Assembly: GCA_965649825.1 (NCBI GenBank)
Contig: OZ287695.1
Location: 124,001 to 188,000, forward strand
Reading direction: 5' to 3'
DNA length: 64,000 nucleotides
Source: Penicillus capitatus
Lineage: Eukaryota > Plantae > Chlorophyta
In this document: positions 56,640 through 64,000 of the stretch, in pieces
How the letters are laid out: every line of letters starts with the position of its first letter
How positions within the stretch are numbered: the stretch's first letter is position 1
Translations under genes and position numbers: made by a program
Notes under the pieces: generated by a model
The model's input: only the letters and a program-made list of their open reading frames with translations
What the model was told of the DNA's origin: nothing
The model's database searches: none

Positions 56640-59600
56640 TCAGTCCTCCAAGAGTTTCTCCAGAGCTTCTCTTGTACTCGCTGAACAGTAGACTTCTGTC
56701 GAAGTGCAAATGATATCGAAAGGAGTCTCCCATCCCTCATCCATTGAGGATGTCGAAGCACCAGCATCAACGAGGACCTGAGATATCCATTCAGTCATTA
56801 TACGAAGAAACAAGAAGGCATTTCACCTCGGCGATTTCCAGATATCCATAATGGGCTGCAAAGAATAACGCTGTTAATCCGAAACGAGCAGGAGCTTCCA
56901 CATCGGCATCGTGATCGAGCAGGAGCTAAAAAATCGATTGACAGAGAAGAGAAAGAAGTGCATGTGAAACCTGCACAATTTTCAGATGTCTGTAAATTGT
57001 CGCGGTGTGAAGGGGAGTCCTTCCGTCTGTATCAGCGGCATCAACATCAGCACCTTCGTCCAGCAGAATCTGCCAGGCATCGAGCACATGTTAATCATCG
57101 AGCAGCAGATAAGTCGACAACGCACTTCTGCGATCTCCAGATTTCCATGGAACGACGCAAAATGTAGAGCAGTTACACCAGAGTTTGTTGCCGCGTCGGG
57201 ATCGGCGCCATTCTCCAATAGAACCTTTCGAAGAAGCTCCGCGACTCATAAAACGAAACGAGAGGATGCTAAGAATCACTTTGACGATAGTCGTGTTCCC
57301 CTGACTCGTTGCTTCGTGTAATGGTGTCCATCCTTCGTTGCCTTTAGCGTTGATATCGGCACCCTCAGCGATCAATACCTGCAAATAAACTTCGATGGAT
57401 ACAGTGATCTGGAAAAACGGCGGATGGCTGACCTCTACGATTTCCAAATGCCCAGTATAAGCCACTAAATGCAGCGAAGTTCTTCCATCACTGTTAGCGG
57501 CATCGATATTCGCTTCGTTCTTTAAGAGAACCTATTGAGGAAGTCGGTGACGGCAAGTTGCGCTTGGGAGGGATGTCATCTGACCTTCACTGTCTCCAAG
57601 TGTCCGTAGGCTGATGCGAGTATCAATGGTGTCTCCTCACGCTCCGTCTCAGCATCCACTTCGGCACCCGCATCGATCAAATCCTGTGTCGAATCATCTC
57701 TGCAGCGATGTAAAGGAAGTCCACAAGTACTTCTACGATCTCAACAAGATTGTTTAAAGCAGCAACGTGAAGTGGTGTCCGGTCGTCATTTGCGGCAGCA
57801 TCAATGTCGACGCCTTCCTTAAGCAATGCCTGTCGTACGATCGATCTTAAGACAGAAGAGTGACAACTTTAGCCGGGATTTACCTTTATGATGTTTGTGT
57901 GTTCAAAGCGCACGGCCAGGTGCAGCGAAGTCCACCCGTCTAACAGTCTAGCATCAACGTCTGCTCCTTGGCGCATCAGCATCTATAGGCCAAGGCTCTT
58001 CGGAGGAGTTCATTCGGGATGCCATGGTGTGACCTTGGCGGTTTTGATTTGGCCATAGCGCGCTGCATAATGCAGAGGCGTCCATCCTTCATCTCCGGCA
58101 GCATCAATATCTGCCCCTTCACGCACCAGAATCTGCCGAGAGCGCGTTTCTGCATCTGGAAGGGTAATGAGATGGATAACCTTGGCGATTTCGAGGTATC
58201 CTTCGCTTGCGGCCTCGTGAAGCGGCGTCCGTCCGGTTGCGTCAGCGACTTCCGCAGCCGCGCCACTCTTCAAGAGAACCTGTCAGGGAAGACGTGTTTC
58301 GAAGTTTCAATCGTGGCATTTCTGGCACACACCTTGACGATATCGAGGTGACCCGCGAAGGCGGATAGGTGTAGAGGCGTTCTTCCAAATTCTGTAACCG
58401 CGCTGATGTTCGCATCCTTGTCGATCAAAATCTGTAGTAGACAGACATCTCTGCCTTGAATGCACCGCTCATGTAAATCAGAAGCTCGCCTTTGCGATGT
58501 CTGTATGTCCATAGCGTGCTGCTGCGTGAAGGGCCGTCCATTCTTGATTGGTCACAGCGTGAATGTCCACACCACTGTCGATCAGCTCCTGCGCATCAGG
58601 TTCTTTCTCGTGAGCAACGCGCACACGGCTATATTGGCGAATGCCAGTTAACCTGTGTGATCTTGAGATGGCCATAGTAAACAGCGTGTTGCAGCACTGT
58701 CCACTGCGCCTGATCTGCTGCATCGACGTCAGCTCCATTCTCAATGAGCATCTGTGGATGATTCAATTGAGGGGCTAGGTTACACAAACTTGAAGGTGGA
58801 CCTCTAGGATGTCGACATTCCCGTACTCGGCTGCCTCATGCATCGGTGTCTCTCCGACGGCGTCAACGGCATCCACATCCGCTTTGGACTCGATCAGTTC
58901 CTGCACACAGACGATGCCGATTTAGGAGAGGAAAGAGCTTATTGTATTTTCGATGGACACGACGGACCTTTGCCACCGAAAGCGATCCATTGACCGCCGC
59001 GACGTGCAGAGGCGTCAATCCGACGCTATTCTTCGCTTTAACCTTCGCACCACGTTTCAGGAGCACCTGCAGAGAAAGGACGGAAATGAAAATGCGTGTC
59101 ACATAGGGTGAGAGGGGCAGTGGAGAGGGAGTGCGTCTGACCCTGACGATGCTGACGTCTTCTCACCTTTGCACACTTTAAAGCGTCATACGCTGCGGTC
59201 CAATGCAGTAACGTAGACTCCTTCGTCAGAGGATATCCCGACAGGAAAGAATCTTGAAAGACAGAGTGTACACGAAGGCCGTCTTCGAGTACGGTCTCCA
59301 AAGTCACATCATCGTCATCCATGATCGAGTCAATCGCATCCTGCATCCACAGAGGTCATCCCTCTTAGGTGCTTCTCAGTCAATGCATGTCACGTGCCTG
59401 AATCTGTATTCTTTGGGCGAAGTTGATCACCGTTCGACCCTCTTCTTCAAAGCCTCCTCGATTGGCACTCTCGGGACGTCCCGTCTGCGCCAAGATGCTC
59501 ATCAGGAAAGAGAAGATGGACTAGAGACTGGAATGACCTTTTCGACGGTACCCCAGATCCAGTCCAGGAAGTAAGGGACCTTTGTGTACACGTCTGGCAT

Positions 59601-60674
59601 TTGTCCGTTGCATTCTCCTCTCCCGAACGAATTGATGCCAACGATCTGATCCTTTTCTGGTCGCCCTCTCGTTATATCCCCAGCAACACTGTCTGGGATA
59701 AGTATTGGACCTCCAGAATCTCCTAAAACATTTCGCCATTCTTGCTGCACTAAGGGGGAATCCGTTCGAGCTGACCGTCACAGGTGTCCTGTGTCTGATC
59801 TGGTGATCCGGCACAGATCTCGCGGTCGTTAGTGACATGGCCAAGCATCTCGCCGCACTCCTGAGGCGACAGATAGACCAAGTCATTTGCCATCTGCAGG
59901 TAACGAGGCGCGTCGACGAATTCCGTCTGTCCCCAACCGATTGCTGTCATTTCTTGTCCGCTGCTAAACTTGACATTCCGTTTAGGAAATGCAGGCAGGG
60001 CAAGATTGAGAGGCAAATTGAGCTCAAGGACGGCAATGTCATATCCTTGCGATTGCGGCCCTGTCCATGACTCGTGCTTGTATTTGGCAATGGCATACAG
60101 CCTCTGTACACAGCACTCCATCGACTGTCCTTCTCTTATGACGTTTGGCGTCTTACCGGTACTGAAGAAATCTCTTCGAAATCACTGAAGCCGCAATGGA
60201 CCGTCGCATATTCGAAGAAAGACCAACCTCTTTCTGAATCGACGCAGTGCGCTGCCGTTACGATCCATCTCTGCTGAAACAATACTGCCGTGCAGCCAGA
60301 ACTCCCAAAGAGCGTTCCGTGTTCCAAGAAACATATGTACGGAAATCTATCCAGCGGCACCGTCGTTCCCTGTCCAGTCAACCAAGTGTGAGCCACAGAC
60401 CTTCAACGCCGAAAACGGCTGTATTGTTACTCCGTAGATGTTCGAGGTAACGCCAGGCTTCGTCGTCCTCCGCATCCCTAAAGGAATACGGTCAGCGTGT
60501 TAGACGGGGAGGTTTGTCTCGTGTGCACGCACCTTCGTTGCCGTAGGGCGTACGTGCGACGCTGAGAGACGGAAGACAGACGAACGCGAGGACAAGGAGC
60601 GTCGCTTTCGCTGTTCCGCTGTTTGTTGTCTTATTTGCCGTCGTTCGACGACCCTTTGTCTTGAGTGCGTCCAT
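56640..60674 (-). CDS. Gene G: signal peptide/anchor, S1 protease (H-D-S intact), linker, ankyrin array (15 repeat exons)
   Basis: KATLLVLAFVCLPSLSVA; SNIYGGTTVPLDRFPY; WIVTAAHC; GYDIAVL; QDTCDGDSGGP; cap exon ..[16 protein letters not shown]; fifteen 33-aa exons; terminal WETPFDIICTSTEVYC..LLED*. Confidence 0.87.
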
Positions 60675-61893
60675 ACAGACGTAACTCGTCACAACGTTCT
60701 CCGTGTGACACGCGTCTGCGTCGTGACCGCTTTTCTGAGGAACCGCGTGGTGTGAAAGCCGCGACGTTAATATTCTGAAGCGAAAGGCTTATTTGAAATG
60801 GAAAGACGTTAAGGAAGTGAGTCGTAAGGGCAGAGAACAGAATGATTCTAGAGAACTGAGCTGGGTATTTATATGTACCCGCCGCGTCTCAGAAGTATCC
60901 GCACCAGGCACGAATCAATGATTTATCACAGTGTCTCTCGGGTGCGTCGCTAGAGTCCGTGTATGTGTATGAGATTCGGTTATGCTGTCTGGAAAGATGA
61001 TGCCGTACTCCACGATGCACGCCAACGCAGGAGGAGTTAGAAAACCGTAACGTCATCAAGGACACACACGTAAGCTGTTTCCCGCGAAAAACGAAAGCGC
61101 AGACGCATCGAGCATTTTGTCGACGAGACCATCCCGTGAATTGCTTAGCGCTGGAGAGTTCAGTAGAGACGTAAGGTTTGCTTTGCGCGATTACACATGG
61201 ATGACTATGTGCTCAGTGAGTACGTTCGCTGAGAGACACGTTGGTAGTTTCCACGTTACTTGATGAAGCGCTGTGTCGGCGGAGATAGACCCTTGTTTCG
61301 GTTTTCCGTCTTTTTTAGTCAAAAAGAGACATTTCTGATTCGGCGAATATTGTTGCGATCCCTCAGACAATGCGCGCGACACGAGGACGCAGTTTTGCTC
61401 TTATCGCCGCGATAAGAGAGAACGTGGAATGGCGGTTCGCGATAAGTCCAACTGTTTTCAGAAACAGAATCGGTTGTTACAGTAACTAGTCAAGCAATGT
61501 TTAACAATCACGCAGATACAGTCAATCACACGAAAAGCGATATTGGATAATCACATGAACAAACAACAAGAACTTAAGAGTAATCACGCAAGTAAAACCG
61601 AGATAGATAAAAGTAATCAGTTCAATTCGAGATAGATAAGCAAAAAATAATCAGTTCGAGGAAGGTGGGATATCATCAGGTTGGTAAATTTAATTCCAAC
61701 TCGTCTAACTAAGATGATAAAGAGATCAACGATACATCCTAATCAGTTTTCAATTTTCAGCTTCAACATTTCAGATAAACAGGCTCTGGCGTGAACAGAT
61801 GGACGCATTCCACTGCCAACAGACAAAAGGCAATACGTTCATTCCAGAATGTCAAACCACTTGTATGTCGCTTCAAGAGACAGTAAGGAATTT

Positions 61894-64000
61894 CTAGGTC
61901 AGGAGCTGTTGAAGATCCGTTCGCGTTCTGTCGGAACAGTTACTGTCACTTGATGAACAAACAACCTGCAGTGGCGTTTTTCCTTCATTGTTCGTGGCGG
62001 ACTTGGAGGCACCAGCGTTGACGAGAGTCTAGATTTCGCAGTCAATCATCACAAAAGACCCATGCCTGATTACCTGTGCTATTTCTAAATGGCCGATGGA
62101 CGACGCTAAGTGCAGAGGAGTATAACCATCAATGGTTTTGGCTGACACATCTGCCCGATGCTCAAGAAGTGTCTGTGGAGCACAACTGCAGCTAACTCGG
62201 GACAATGGCATTATGATTCACCTTTACTAAATCCAAGTGTTCATAACGGGATGCGTGGTGCAGGGGAGTCCATCCACGATCATTCGCGGCATTGACTTTT
62301 GCGCCATTGCGGAGCAAAACCTTCAGACAGAACCCTTTAGTCAGGACATCTGCATAGTCAAGAGAACCTTTGCAGCATCAAGGCGTCCTTTATTTGCTGC
62401 TTCATGCAAGGGAGTCCAACCAATGTTGTCAACCGCATTCACGTTGGCTCGGTGGTTTTCACACAGAAGCTGTGCGAAGAACACACGTTGATAGGCGACT
62501 TAGAAACAAAGGAATCACGAACAGGTTACCTTCACAATGTCAGCATGGTCGAATCTAGAAGCAAAGAAGACAGGTGTCCGTCTATCGACATCCACTGCTT
62601 CCACCCCTGCTCCATTTGCAATGAGAACCTGATGTGTCTCATCGCATAAGAGTGCTACTGGGACAACTTAATTCCTCACTTCTGCAACTTGATGGTGGCC
62701 GAAACCAGCTGCTTTGTGCAAGGACGTCGCTCGAATTGAATCTACTGAATTTACGTTGGCATTCGATTCCAACAGAAACTAAACCACAAGGCATTAAGAT
62801 GGCAATGTACTCTTGCTGGTTTGGTGGAAAAGCTTGTTAGCAGCATACCCTGGTAACGTGGATTGATCCTTCTACTGCTGCCACGATCAACGGCGTCGAC
62901 TGAACGGCGTTTCTGCTATCAACTTTTGCTCCGTGTCGGACGAGAACCTTCACATCAGCATCTGACAGTTTAGAGATCATAACCATGCAAAAATTCCGAA
63001 GGCTCATACATCAGCGCAATCTAACGCATCGTATCCGGCTGCCCAATGGAGAAGAGTCGAGTCCCTGCTTAGTGGATATCCTGACAGATTTGGGTCGTGG
63101 TAGACGGATTCGACATTGAGGCCCTCTAGTAGAACAGCTTCTAGAGTCACGTCGTCGTTATCTCGCAGACAACGAATTGCTTCCTAAAAGCAGATCTTAG
63201 AAATCATTACCGGCCACTAAAGATTTACGCTCAGGAGCTGCTGGTCTGTGAATTGCTTCATACGTTCACGCTCTTGTGCTAGGCGATCCCGTCGATTTTC
63301 ATTCTGCCATCACCATAAAGTAGTGGATAATGAGATGGCGAGAGATGTCATCGGGAACCTTAATAATCTTCGAAATCGTGTCCCAATGATGTCCGACGCT
63401 AGCGTAGACACTTGGATCTTGTAATCTGCACTGTTTTCCAAACGAAGTGATGCCGACGACCAGATCCAGTTCTGGCTTCCCTGCATTGATGTCACCGTTC
63501 GGCGCATTAGGAATCAACAAAGGACCACCAGAATCGCCTATTTGACACATCATTCGTGAATTCAACAGAAGGAAAGTGCATTCACGAGGAATACCGAAGC
63601 ACGTGCTCTGGGACTGATTCGGGGAATTGGCACAGATCATGTGTTTTTTTGGATGGAAGTCCAATGCTTTTGCACACGTATTGATCGGGGCGGAGACTAA
63701 GTTGTTCGCCATCTGCAGATAACGTGGTGCTTCTTTGTCTGTCGGTTTCTGCACCCCCCATCCAACAGCTGTGAACTTTTGACCCGCTCCAAAAGGGGAG
63801 ACTTGTCGAGCGAATGAAGGCAATGGGACGTCGACTTCTCCGTCAAGTTCGAGGACGGCGATATCGTTGCCATTGCGACTATTTCCCGTCCAGGAGCGGT
63901 GTGGATGTTTCTTTGCAGTTTTGAATCTCTATTCACCAAACGCGTTGCATTTCAGTCATTTCGCGACATGTGCACTCACTCGAACCAAATGGAGTCTTTG
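61894..64000 (-). CDS. Gene H (5'-partial): S1 protease, linker, ankyrin array (6 repeat exons)
   Basis: GNDIAVLEL; QSTCFGDSGGP; cap exon ..[16 protein letters not shown]; six repeat exons (one of 34 aa); terminal [19 protein letters not shown]. The signal peptide and His57 exons lie outside the window. Confidence 0.85.

Overview
Compact eukaryotic genomic DNA with many very short (~45-60 nt) GT/GC-AG introns and the standard genetic code (the Argonaute CDS ends at the canonical MFFV followed by TAG). Plant-type NPU and HEI10 homologues point to a green alga; a Bryopsidales-like lineage is only my guess. The left 25 kb holds mostly single genes: an NPU-like protein, a membrane protein with tandem bacterial-type periplasmic sugar-binding domains, a Pmp-repeat multi-TM surface protein, HEI10, NUF2 and Argonaute. 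From ~26 kb to the window end is a minus-strand tandem array of eight secretory trypsin-like (S1) protease genes; seven show signal peptides and the eighth runs off the window. Five are fused to long ankyrin arrays in which each repeat is its own 99-nt phase-0 exon. Three instead carry an acidic stalk plus either an unrecognised Cys-rich domain with three TM helices or a GPI-like tail. The two types alternate as a repeated two-gene cassette. The proteases have diversified S1 pockets and one is a pseudo-protease. A related protease-less secreted ankyrin gene lies at 17-19.7 kb. The spacers contain a 5'-truncated LINE, a TRIM and four solo-LTR-like inserts, most with TSDs and empty paralogous sites inside this window. 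All gene models were spliced by eye with no database searches, so exon boundaries and family calls need computational and RNA confirmation.
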